Below, one piece after another: positions 55,006 through 62,657 of a DNA stretch of 64,000 nt. Location: assembly GCA_031277415.1 (NCBI GenBank), contig JAITMK010000132.1, positions 3,977 through 67,976 of the forward strand. Reading direction: 5' to 3'. How positions within the stretch are numbered: the stretch's first letter is position 1; each line of letters opens with the position of its first letter. This DNA is from Azoarcus sp. (lineage in GTDB: Bacteria; Pseudomonadota; Gammaproteobacteria; Burkholderiales; Rhodocyclaceae). A program made the position numbers and the translations under genes. Under the pieces are notes generated by a model, which saw only the letters and a program-made list of their open reading frames with translations, did not search any database and was not told the origin of the DNA.

Positions 55006-55251
55006 TCATCCCTTCGCTTCCCGCAAAATCCCGCTCGATCCCGATAAATCCCGCTCGATCCCGGTTAATCCCAAGCGGGATAGCCGTGCCGCCTGTAAGG
55101 TGACGGCATGAAATTCAGCCACAATCATTTTTTCAAGCAGGTAAGAAGCGTGCTCTGCTGCGGTATCGTTGTTCAGACCGGCAAGCACGTTGAGACGGTC
55201 AATCATGTCTTGGGAGAGTCGCACGTGAACGGATTGCTTCTCAAGGCTCAT
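55006..55251 (-). CDS. CII-position small DNA-binding protein
   Basis: VHVRLSQDM..RL..LA ribbon-helix-helix-like pattern upstream of initiator. Confidence 0.65.
   Translation of the reverse strand: MSLEKQSVHVRLSQDMIDRLNVLAGLNNDTAAEHASYLLEKMIVAEFHAVTLQAARLSRLGLTGIERDLSGSSGILREAKG
55008..55077. repeat. Seven 10-bp phased ATCCCG repeats
   Basis: (A/T)TCCC at 55008, 55018, 55028, 55038, 55048, 55058, 55068. Confidence 0.75.
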
Positions 55252-55254
55252 AAA

Positions 55255-55455
55255 TCACTCGTCATCGTCATCGCATCTATACGTGAGTGGGTTTGCTTTG
55301 AACGTTTCGTCATAAAACCTACTCACGAACCAGTAATTGAACCTTGCCCTCTCGATGCGCTCATGGATCCTGTCATGCAGGAAGAGCAGAGGCGAGAGCA
55401 GCCAGAGCAGCACCCGGTATCGCGCCTGACGGTTCATCAGCGTCACTCTGTCCAT
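55255..55455 (-). CDS. Hypothetical protein
   Basis: AAGGAG RBS before ATG 55455 (MDRVTLMNRQ). Confidence 0.55.
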   Translation of the reverse strand: MDRVTLMNRQARYRVLLWLLSPLLFLHDRIHERIERARFNYWFVSRFYDETFKANPLTYRCDDDDE

Positions 55456-55565
55456 CTGTCGAACTCCTTGCCGACGTACCAGCGGATCAGGCTGTACACG
55501 AGCCAGCACACCGGTACGAATGACAGGATCGCCACGGCCACTATCATTAAAAAAAGCATGTCCAT
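55443..55565 (-). CDS. 40-aa single-TM protein (not in ORF track)
   Basis: AAGGAG RBS; MDMLFLMIVAVAILSFVPVCWLVYSLIRWYVGKEFDRWTE. Confidence 0.55.
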   Translation of the reverse strand: MDMLFLMIVAVAILSFVPVCWLVYSLIRWYVGKEFDRWTE

Positions 55566-55647
55566 ACGTCACTCCTTAGCGATGTCCTCGCCGCGCGTAG
55601 AATTGGAAGTTCTGACACAACCCTTTTCCACGCCGGGAGGACAAACC

Positions 55648-56157
55648 ATGATTGACCTAACTACTGCCATCGGCGCATCCATTACCGGGTACAGCGTCCT
55701 GAGAGACGCCTTTTCCGCTTTCATCAGCGCCCGTGACAGCGAAAAAGCCGCCAAACTCGAACGAGAATTCAGCGAAAAGCTGGCTTCCGCTCTCAATAAT
55801 CTTTTGCAGGTTCAGCAGGCCGCGCTTGTCACGAACCAAGTCCTGGCTGAACAACACGAAGAGATACGTGCACTGAAGGCACAGATGATCGATAAATCGC
55901 GGTACGTCCTGCGTAAGCTTGGAACTCAGGGGGAGTACTTCGCGTATTGCTTCGTACCGCCCACGGAAACGGTTTATGGCACTGGCGACGATCCCCATTT
56001 CGTTTGCCAGCCATGCTTCGACGCAGGCACCAAGAGTGTCCTTCATGGCCTCGGTAGCGGCATCTGGCGCTGTTCCGTGTGTAAAACCTCCATGCACACC
56101 GAGCCCATCAGCCATCCCCCCAGGCGATCCTATGACCCCTTTGAAGGTATCCCGTGA
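55648..56157 (+). CDS. Antisense moron protein: coiled coil plus CxxC...CxxC zinc ribbon
   Basis: GGAGG RBS, TAGAAT -10 at 55598; PHFVCQPCFD...WRCSVCK. Confidence 0.75.
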   Translation: MIDLTTAIGASITGYSVLRDAFSAFISARDSEKAAKLEREFSEKLASALNNLLQVQQAALVTNQVLAEQHEEIRALKAQMIDKSRYVLRKLGTQGEYFAYCFVPPTETVYGTGDDPHFVCQPCFDAGTKSVLHGLGSGIWRCSVCKTSMHTEPISHPPRRSYDPFEGIP

Positions 56158-56193
56158 CATCACCTCACCCCCTCCTCCAACCTGGAGAAACAC

Positions 56194-56454
56194 ATGCTTG
56201 ACCTAACCGTCGAACAACGCATCGAAAACCTCGAAGCCAGGGAAGCAGCGATGCGCGCTGTACTTTTGTCGCTCATAGGCTCTCACCACGACAAAAAAGC
56301 ACTCTTATACGTTCTTGAAAAAATCCAACCACTTCTGGAAGTAAGGCATCTAAACGCCCAGGTGTCAGATGCGGTAGTTTTTGGAGCCGAAGAAGCGCTC
56401 TCTCTATATACCGGCACTCTTCGGAAATACTTGCAACAGGGGGAAGCGGGATGA
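56194..56454 (+). CDS. Antisense moron hypothetical protein
   Basis: GGAG RBS; 86-aa helical ORF. Confidence 0.55.
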   Translation: MLDLTVEQRIENLEAREAAMRAVLLSLIGSHHDKKALLYVLEKIQPLLEVRHLNAQVSDAVVFGAEEALSLYTGTLRKYLQQGEAG

Positions 56455-56527
56455 CCGGGCCGAGCGCATCTCTACAAAGTTCGATCCAGTTGTCATGCAT
56501 GATCTCGCGCAGCTCGTCAGCTTTCAT
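56273..56527 (-). CDS. Hypothetical protein coupled to cro
   Basis: GGAG RBS inside cro 3' end; overlaps opposite-strand ORF by 182 nt. Confidence 0.4.
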   Translation of the reverse strand: MKADELREIMHDNWIELCRDALGPVIPLPPVASISEECRYIERALLRLQKLPHLTPGRLDALLPEVVGFFQERIRVLFCRGESL

Positions 56528-56708
56528 TCGACGGCTCCTCCTTCTTCTGCTCCGGGAACAGGTCGGGGCGGGAAACTCTCACCGCAAGCGGTATTCCTCT
56601 TCTCATCCAGTTGCCGCATCGCTGCACGCCATGCGGCTTCGGATAGCCGAGCTTCTCAGCAAGTGCTGTCGGCCCACCATGCCAACGAATAATTTCTTTA
56701 TCGTTCAT
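56517..56708 (-). CDS. cro: Cro-like repressor
   Basis: IIRWHGGPTALAEKLG...VQRCGNWMRRGIP HTH; divergent from cI. Confidence 0.85.
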   Translation of the reverse strand: MNDKEIIRWHGGPTALAEKLGYPKPHGVQRCGNWMRRGIPLAVRVSRPDLFPEQKKEEPSNES

Positions 56709-56714
56709 GACGAC

Positions 56715-56782
56715 ACTAAACACTATGTTTAATTAAAAGTCAACTCCGTGTGTATCAGCAACATGTTTATATTCCCTATGAT
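56715..56782. promoter_or_regulatory. OR region: pR, pRM and three 15-bp operators
   Basis: Operators TAAACACTATGTTTA (56717-56731), TCAACTCCGTGTGTA (56740-56754), TCAGCAACATGTTTA (56755-56769); pR TTGACT-N17-TTTAGT (minus); pRM -10 TATGAT 56777-56782. Confidence 0.8.
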
Positions 56783-56788
56783 TCAGCT

Positions 56789-57448
56789 ATGCACGAAACA
56801 ATGAAACGCCTCTATACAGCAGCAAAAGAACTCAAAGCCATCTCCGGGCAGACTGAGGTTGCAAAGCTGCTTGGTGAATCTCCACAAACGGTAAATAATT
56901 GGGAGAAGCGCGGAGTCTCAACACAAGGAAGGTTGAACGCTCAAGCAATTATTGGTTGTGATGCGCTGTGGATAAAAACAGGCAAAGGCGTAATGAGTAT
57001 TTATACTCGGCGTGATGGTGTTTCCAGATTTGATGTCCTGGACGCTCGCGCATCCTGCGGTCCGGGCGCAGTCAATGCGGACTACCCCGTTGTCGTCCAA
57101 TCAATCGAGATGCCAAAGGAAATCGCCAGACAGTTGATCGGGCGCACAGATGACGCCGTGCGGATCATCCGCGCCACGCACGACAGCATGGTTCCAACGA
57201 TCAACCCGGACGACCTGCTGTTCATCGACACCACCGTCACAGAGTTCCAGGCGGAAGGTATCTATCTCGTATTGCACGGTAGGGAACTTGTCTGCAAGAG
57301 ACTATCTATCATCGGGAAGAGGCTCAAGGTTACGTCAGACAACAAATTCTACGAATCATGGCTTTGGGATGAAAGGCTAGAAGACGACCGCATCGTTGGG
57401 AAAGTTCTTCGCGCTCTACCGATGGACTTCAAAAATTTTGGGGGGTGA
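56789..57448 (+). CDS. cI: CI-like repressor with S24 peptidase domain
   Basis: QTEVAKLLGESPQTVNNWEKRG HTH; DSMVPT (Ser) and CKRL (Lys) autocleavage residues; CGPG cleavage-loop region. Confidence 0.93.
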   Translation: MHETMKRLYTAAKELKAISGQTEVAKLLGESPQTVNNWEKRGVSTQGRLNAQAIIGCDALWIKTGKGVMSIYTRRDGVSRFDVLDARASCGPGAVNADYPVVVQSIEMPKEIARQLIGRTDDAVRIIRATHDSMVPTINPDDLLFIDTTVTEFQAEGIYLVLHGRELVCKRLSIIGKRLKVTSDNKFYESWLWDERLEDDRIVGKVLRALPMDFKNFGG

Positions 57449-57452
57449 TGCT

Positions 57453-58391
57453 GTGAGGAGCGAGCAAGAAATAGCATATGATTCTCGCAGATATTTCAAT
57501 ATGGTGGATACTTATATTGAAGAAGCAGGACACTTGCAGATGTTTCTCGATCTACGCGGAAGCGATACAGACTACCTTGGGTCTGTAGGCGTTTTGTGTG
57601 TAACAGGGTTTTCATGTGGCATACCAGAGGAAGAAATTGCAGAAATTATATTAGAATCTATTACAAAATATAATAATCAAGGCGCTGATTCCGCTATTGA
57701 GTTTTTAAGTGAATCAGAGATAATAATACATTCAAAGAATGAAGATACAAATAAAGCACAAAAAAATAAACAGTCAAACATGGATCAAAAAAAAATAACA
57801 GATAAAATAGAAGAAAAAACGCAAGAAGAAATTAATAAATATAAGAGATCTGACGGGCTTTTTGACTGGTATATGGTTTTTGATATTAAAAATACAGCAA
57901 CACAGAAACAAATAAGAGAAGCCTTTATTAAACTTCGCTCTGAATTATCTGGAGTAACTGAGACGGATAATATACAAAAAGCAGTCCGCTATTCTTTGTT
58001 GCTAGCCGGTATTAAACAAATAGGCGATAAGGAGAAAAGAGAAAAGTACGATAGATTTTGTCGTTACACGTATGGCCGCGCACAACTTCTCACAGCCCTT
58101 GAGACAACGAGACAAAATATTGAAATGGAGAAAATGCCGGACATATCTTTTATTAATAAAGCAGACACACGCTTAAAACGCATTTCACTTATAGCATTTC
58201 CTTTCTTCGTTGTAGCTACATTATTCAGGTTTTCAAAAGATATGGGTTATAGATGGGATATTGACGATGTTTCTCTAACTACAGCACTGCTAATAATGGC
58301 ATCAGTATTATGCCTACTGATCGCTTTCACACGCATTTCTGACTGGATAAACGGCGATAAACCACCACCCTCACCCGCCGACGAACGGTAG
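57453..58391 (+). CDS. J-domain-like protein lacking HPD, two C-terminal TM helices
   Basis: WYMVFDIKNTATQKQIREAFIKL...IGDKEKREKYDRF; AT-rich; GTG 4 nt after cI stop. Confidence 0.65.
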   Translation: MRSEQEIAYDSRRYFNMVDTYIEEAGHLQMFLDLRGSDTDYLGSVGVLCVTGFSCGIPEEEIAEIILESITKYNNQGADSAIEFLSESEIIIHSKNEDTNKAQKNKQSNMDQKKITDKIEEKTQEEINKYKRSDGLFDWYMVFDIKNTATQKQIREAFIKLRSELSGVTETDNIQKAVRYSLLLAGIKQIGDKEKREKYDRFCRYTYGRAQLLTALETTRQNIEMEKMPDISFINKADTRLKRISLIAFPFFVVATLFRFSKDMGYRWDIDDVSLTTALLIMASVLCLLIAFTRISDWINGDKPPPSPADER

Positions 58392-59276
58392 CCTGATCTG
58401 GCGCATGGCCTGCTTGTGGTCGATGACTTGCTCGACGGTGTATTCTGTCCTTACGCCTTCACGGGTCTGCCACTGCTGCATCCTTACCTGACAAACAAGA
58501 ACGTCACCTTTTGAGAACGCTTCCATGTTTTGGTCTACACGGGAAAGGAATTCAGTATCTATGATACGAGCCTGAATTGTTGCGTTCCCATCATACAACC
58601 TCCATTTATTATCTTCTTTAAAAGCGAGGGAAATTATTGAAAAACTCATCCTGCGAGATTCATCTATTATTAAATCTTCACCAACAGGAGGAGTTTCAAA
58701 AAACACAGCGTCGCACGATTCTACCTGCTCAGAAAAACTCAAGTCATCACCAAAAGCAACGCGGTCAATACCATCCCGGTTAATTGGTGAAATAACAGCA
58801 GCAAGGTTTTCACGTACAGATCTGTCTGTCAGAAGAGTATAAACATGGCGCTCAGTTTCAATAAATTCATCATCTTCTAAATAAATAATGACCCCGTTTT
58901 CATTTTCAGATATAGATTTTATCTTTCTGTTTTTGAGTTTTTTCAAAACACCTACAAGACCGCGTCCAGCGCCAAAAATAATAGCTATCAACGCAGTCGC
59001 GTTTATTGTTGCTTGCGCACCCTTCCCCGTAAGAAGATCGGAGACCTGATTCACAAAGTCTTGCGACAAGATTAGGTCAATACCAAACGACCCCGTTTTG
59101 AATGAAGCCTTGACTTCTGTTCTAGCTCTTACCTTGTTTCCATTCAGGGCGTTGCTTGCAGCGGCCATCATATCGCCCACAGCAAGGAGTGCCGGGGCAA
59201 GCTCTCGCACATCCATTGTGTGCGCATCAAGCGCACTGCCGCAGTAGGTTACGCGGAATGCGGCTGATGAACTCAT
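58371..59276 (-). CDS. Conserved prophage hypothetical protein
   Basis: YCGSALDAHTMDVRELAPALLA...FKTGSF...KWRL...F.KGDVL pattern; upstream TGGTAGGAT extended -10. Confidence 0.75.
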   Translation of the reverse strand: MSSSAAFRVTYCGSALDAHTMDVRELAPALLAVGDMMAAASNALNGNKVRARTEVKASFKTGSFGIDLILSQDFVNQVSDLLTGKGAQATINATALIAIIFGAGRGLVGVLKKLKNRKIKSISENENGVIIYLEDDEFIETERHVYTLLTDRSVRENLAAVISPINRDGIDRVAFGDDLSFSEQVESCDAVFFETPPVGEDLIIDESRRMSFSIISLAFKEDNKWRLYDGNATIQARIIDTEFLSRVDQNMEAFSKGDVLVCQVRMQQWQTREGVRTEYTVEQVIDHKQAMRQIRLPFVGG

Positions 59277-59389
59277 TGCGTTTTTCCCCTGTAGTTACAA
59301 GCAAATCCTACCACAGCCATCCACCATCAGGCTGTCGGCTATCCTGCTACATCACGAGCACCAGCTTCATAGCTTCATACTTTCCTCAT

Positions 59390-59683
59390 CTAGACTACGG
59401 CAATCGTCTTGATGCCGTATCGAACACAAGCCTCGAACTCCATCCAACAGTCACGCGAATCTCGCCAGCCGTCCATGAAGTACACAGCATCTGCCTGCGC
59501 AATGATCTGAAATGATTTACCAAGGCAATCAAGCGCACGGTTGCCTGTAGGCGTCTCGTCTGTGACGTAGCTATCAATGATCTCGTAACCCAGTTCGGTG
59601 ATCAACGATACGACTTCTGCTCGATTGGACTCTATCTGTTCGCGTGTCAGCCCTTTCATGGGCTGAGAAATCATGATTTTCAT
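59390..59683 (-). CDS. DUF4406-like (nucleoside deoxyribosyltransferase-like fold) protein
   Basis: KIMISQPMKG, ADAVYFMDGW..S..C..E motifs; GGAGG RBS. Confidence 0.7.
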   Translation of the reverse strand: MKIMISQPMKGLTREQIESNRAEVVSLITELGYEIIDSYVTDETPTGNRALDCLGKSFQIIAQADAVYFMDGWRDSRDCWMEFEACVRYGIKTIAVV

Positions 59684-59734
59684 ACCTTCCTCCGTGCCGT
59701 GACCATCACGGCTGAGGGTATTTTACACAAAATA

Positions 59735-59774
59735 TAAACATGATGTTGACTAAAACTTAAACATAGTGTTTAAT
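59735..59774 (+). promoter_or_regulatory. OL/pL
   Basis: TAAACATGATGTTGA (59735-59749) and TAAACATAGTGTTTA (59758-59772; exact reverse complement of the 56717 operator); TTGACT-N17-TTTAAT. Confidence 0.85.
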
Positions 59775-59929
59775 ACACCCCATACCACCCCGCCAGCGCG
59801 AGACGAAGAGGATGCGAGGCAGGCAGGTAAGTCCCGGCTGTCACCGGGCGCGGGGGCCGAAGACGGTTACGCCACAGGCGGCCAAGTAGGCGGGTAGATG
59901 CAGCAGATCAACATCACCAGGGGAACGAC

Positions 59930-60145
59930 ATGACAGGATATGAACTTGTGGCTGCCATCGCAGCACTTCCGAGCAACAAGAAAATCGGCATCGCCGCGCT
60001 CCTCCCAAGCGGGATCATCTTCCGACTGGTAGTGGATAAAGACCAGGCTCTGCGCGAGTTCGTCGACATCGGCAACACCGAAACAGGCTTCAGAAATCTG
60101 GACACAAGCGGATCCTACGAAGCTATTTCTGCGTGGGTGGAATGA
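59930..60145 (+). CDS. Early hypothetical protein
   Basis: AGGGGA RBS; first pL gene. Confidence 0.65.
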   Translation: MTGYELVAAIAALPSNKKIGIAALLPSGIIFRLVVDKDQALREFVDIGNTETGFRNLDTSGSYEAISAWVE

Positions 60146-60450
60146 TGAACGAACTCCGCAACCTCATCGCTAAAAAGGAAACACTCCTCGACTTCGCTGA
60201 GCGCCTTGGGCGACAACTCGATGAGGCGGGCATCACCTACGGCGATCTCATGGCCGCGCTGGCGTGGCAACTGCAAAACGAATGCAACTACGACGCTGAT
60301 TACTACCTCAACGACATCGCAAAAGAAGCGCGAGGCGTCATCAAGCACTTCCGCCATATCGACGACGACGAAGAGCGCGCCGACATGGAGGACTACTTCG
60401 CAAGCCGCGAATCGTTCGACGACTACCACGCCTACAGGGGAGCAGCATGA
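60142..60450 (+). CDS. Early acidic hypothetical protein
   Basis: ATGA coupling on both sides. Confidence 0.7.
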   Translation: MMNELRNLIAKKETLLDFAERLGRQLDEAGITYGDLMAALAWQLQNECNYDADYYLNDIAKEARGVIKHFRHIDDDEERADMEDYFASRESFDDYHAYRGAA

Positions 60451-61172
60451 CTACCAAGACACCCACCAAGACACCTCGTAAGAAGCAAGCGAAGCCAAAG
60501 CAAACCGCCGAAGCCACAGAAGTCATCACAGCCTATAAAGGCTTCGACAAAAACTTGCAGTGCCGTGGCTATCAGTTCGAGGTAGGTAAAACCTACCAGC
60601 ACGACGGCGAAGTAAAGACGTGTAAATCAGGATTCCACGCCTGCGAATATCCGCTTGATGTGTTTAATTATTACCAACCATCAGCAGGCAACAGGTTCGC
60701 GGTAGTAAAAGCATCCGGACAAATCAGTCGTCACAGCAATGACACAAAGATTGCCAGCGAAATACTTACTGTAGAGGCAGAGATTAGGATACACGATCTA
60801 GTGGCGCGTGCCGTTGATTGGGTGCTGTTAAAAATCGACAAATCTTGTGAGCAAACCAACACGGGCAACTACTCAGCCGCGACGAACACGGGCGACCAGT
60901 CAGCCGCGACGAACACGGGCAACCAGTCAGTCGCGACCAACACGGGCTACCGGTCAGCCGCGACCGTAAGCGGAAAAGAATCTATTGCCATCTCGATTGG
61001 CGCAGAAGGTCGCGCAAAAGGTGCCGAAGGAAGCGCAATCGTGCTCGTGTATAGAGACGATGAATGCAGGCTTATCCATATACGTGCCAGCAAGGTAGGC
61101 GAAAACGGCATCAAGCCGGACACGTTTTACATGCTGGACAAACACGGCAATTTCATCGAGGCGGACGAATGA
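60447..61172 (+). CDS. Widespread phage early protein with 9-aa repeats
   Basis: AYKGFDKNLQCRGYQFEVG...GFHACEYPLDVF; TNTGxxSAA x4; VGENGIKPDTFY.L. Confidence 0.8.
   Translation: MTTKTPTKTPRKKQAKPKQTAEATEVITAYKGFDKNLQCRGYQFEVGKTYQHDGEVKTCKSGFHACEYPLDVFNYYQPSAGNRFAVVKASGQISRHSNDTKIASEILTVEAEIRIHDLVARAVDWVLLKIDKSCEQTNTGNYSAATNTGDQSAATNTGNQSVATNTGYRSAATVSGKESIAISIGAEGRAKGAEGSAIVLVYRDDECRLIHIRASKVGENGIKPDTFYMLDKHGNFIEADE
60855..60962 (+). repeat. 4 x 27-bp coding tandem repeat
   Basis: AC(C/G)AACACGGGC...TCAG(C/T)CGCG units. Confidence 0.85.
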
Positions 61173-61323
61173 CTCCCCACAGAGCGCGACGGCCAACCCC
61201 CTTCCCGGTTCCGTGTGCCGGGATCGCGCACACACGGGCATGTTGTAACTGGTGATGGAACCCGGCACGGCGGGCAAAGCAGGCGGAACCGTGTGGCATC
61301 CCCGCCTGCATCTGGAGACGGAA

Positions 61324-61500
61324 ATGAAAGCGTTTAGCGTTGTCATAAACGCATACGGATACGAGCAAGAAGAAATCTCTACCGTAGCGAGAAACAGCAT
61401 TGATGCGTTCTGCAATGCCATCAACCTTTTCATCCGCACGCACGGAATCGAACTCGTCCCGGACGGCTTCAGCGTTCGGTGTTCACTTATCGGGGAATGA
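61324..61500 (+). CDS. Early hypothetical protein
   Basis: GGAG RBS before ATG 61324. Confidence 0.55.
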   Translation: MKAFSVVINAYGYEQEEISTVARNSIDAFCNAINLFIRTHGIELVPDGFSVRCSLIGE

Positions 61501-61501
61501 C

Positions 61502-61714
61502 ATGAACTGCCTGAAATCACTTGATGAGCGGGCATCAGCCGTCGAATGCGACTACCTGTCGATGCTGGCATACCACTACGGCACGCACGACCATGACCCG
61601 GAGACGAAAGAAGAAATCGCGCTGCACGACGAGATGTGCGCGGCAAGGCATGAGGCAGCGACTGAGGCGTGGAACATCTCCATTCTCAGAAAAGCACTAA
61701 TGACACTGAATTAA
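61502..61714 (+). CDS. Early hypothetical protein
   Basis: ATG 1 nt after previous stop. Confidence 0.55.
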   Translation: MNCLKSLDERASAVECDYLSMLAYHYGTHDHDPETKEEIALHDEMCAARHEAATEAWNISILRKALMTLN

Positions 61715-61727
61715 AAAAGGATCGAAA

Positions 61728-62654
61728 ATGACAACTCAAACATCTGTCGCCAGACAACAGGACACCTTTTCAAACTGGATCACCGGCGCGGGAGTCAAAT
61801 CCAAAATAGCCGCGATGGTGTCAGGCGTGCGTGGAGAGCAGCTTGTCACAGCCATCGTGACCGCCGTCAATCAGAACGCACAGCTTGGGCAGTGCGAGCG
61901 CGGCTCGATCCTCTCGGCAGCCCTCACCGGGGCAGCGCTGAACCTCTCCGCCTCGCCATCGCTCGGTCATTTCTACATGGTGCCTTATGGCGGGAAAGCG
62001 CAATTCCAGCTTGGCTATAAAGGCATGATCCAGCTTGCCATGCGAAGCGGCGATTATTTTAGCATTAATGCCATGGAATTGCGCGAAGGCGAGTTGCGCG
62101 CATGGAACCCACTCACCGAAGAGATTGACGTGGAAATGGTCACGGACGCCACTGTGCGCGACGCGCTGCCGATCATCGGGTACCTCGCTCGGTTCAAGCT
62201 TTTGAACGGTTTTACTAAAACGATCTATTGGTCACGCGAAAAGGTTGTCGCACATGCCAAGCGTTTTTCAAAATCTTTTGCCAAAAAGGACTCGCCATGG
62301 CAGGAGCATTTTGACGCAATGGCGAAAAAGACCGTGATGCGCGATCTACTTGGAAGATGGGGTGTGATGTCTATCCAGATGGAGCGTGCGCACACAGCAG
62401 ACATGGCCATCGTCCGCGACGACGGTTCGTTCGACTACATCGACATGCAGGACGGCAGCACGGACAGCATCGCAGGTGCAGCAGCCCTGCCTGAATGCAC
62501 ACCAGAGAAATTTGAAGAAGAACTCCATAAGTGGGCTGAGGTCGTCCTATCCGGCAAAAAAACACCCGAACAAATCGCCGACATGGTCGGTACGAAGTAC
62601 GCGCTCACGGAAGAGCAGCGGGCGCGAATTATGAAACTTCAGACAGGTGAATAA
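61728..62654 (+). CDS. recT: RecT-family single-strand annealing protein
   Basis: SILSAAL..A.LNLS..PSLGHFYMVPY..KAQFQLGYKG.IQLAMRSG; W..HFDAMAKKTV. Confidence 0.9.
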   Translation: MTTQTSVARQQDTFSNWITGAGVKSKIAAMVSGVRGEQLVTAIVTAVNQNAQLGQCERGSILSAALTGAALNLSASPSLGHFYMVPYGGKAQFQLGYKGMIQLAMRSGDYFSINAMELREGELRAWNPLTEEIDVEMVTDATVRDALPIIGYLARFKLLNGFTKTIYWSREKVVAHAKRFSKSFAKKDSPWQEHFDAMAKKTVMRDLLGRWGVMSIQMERAHTADMAIVRDDGSFDYIDMQDGSTDSIAGAAALPECTPEKFEEELHKWAEVVLSGKKTPEQIADMVGTKYALTEEQRARIMKLQTGE

Positions 62655-62657
62655 ACC

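Noticed and set aside
55657-56193. 178-aa minus ORF fully antisense to the zinc-ribbon moron
   Set aside because: Codon-to-codon antisense register, where open frames arise by chance; protein looks non-native, although a GAGGTG-ATG exists at 56160
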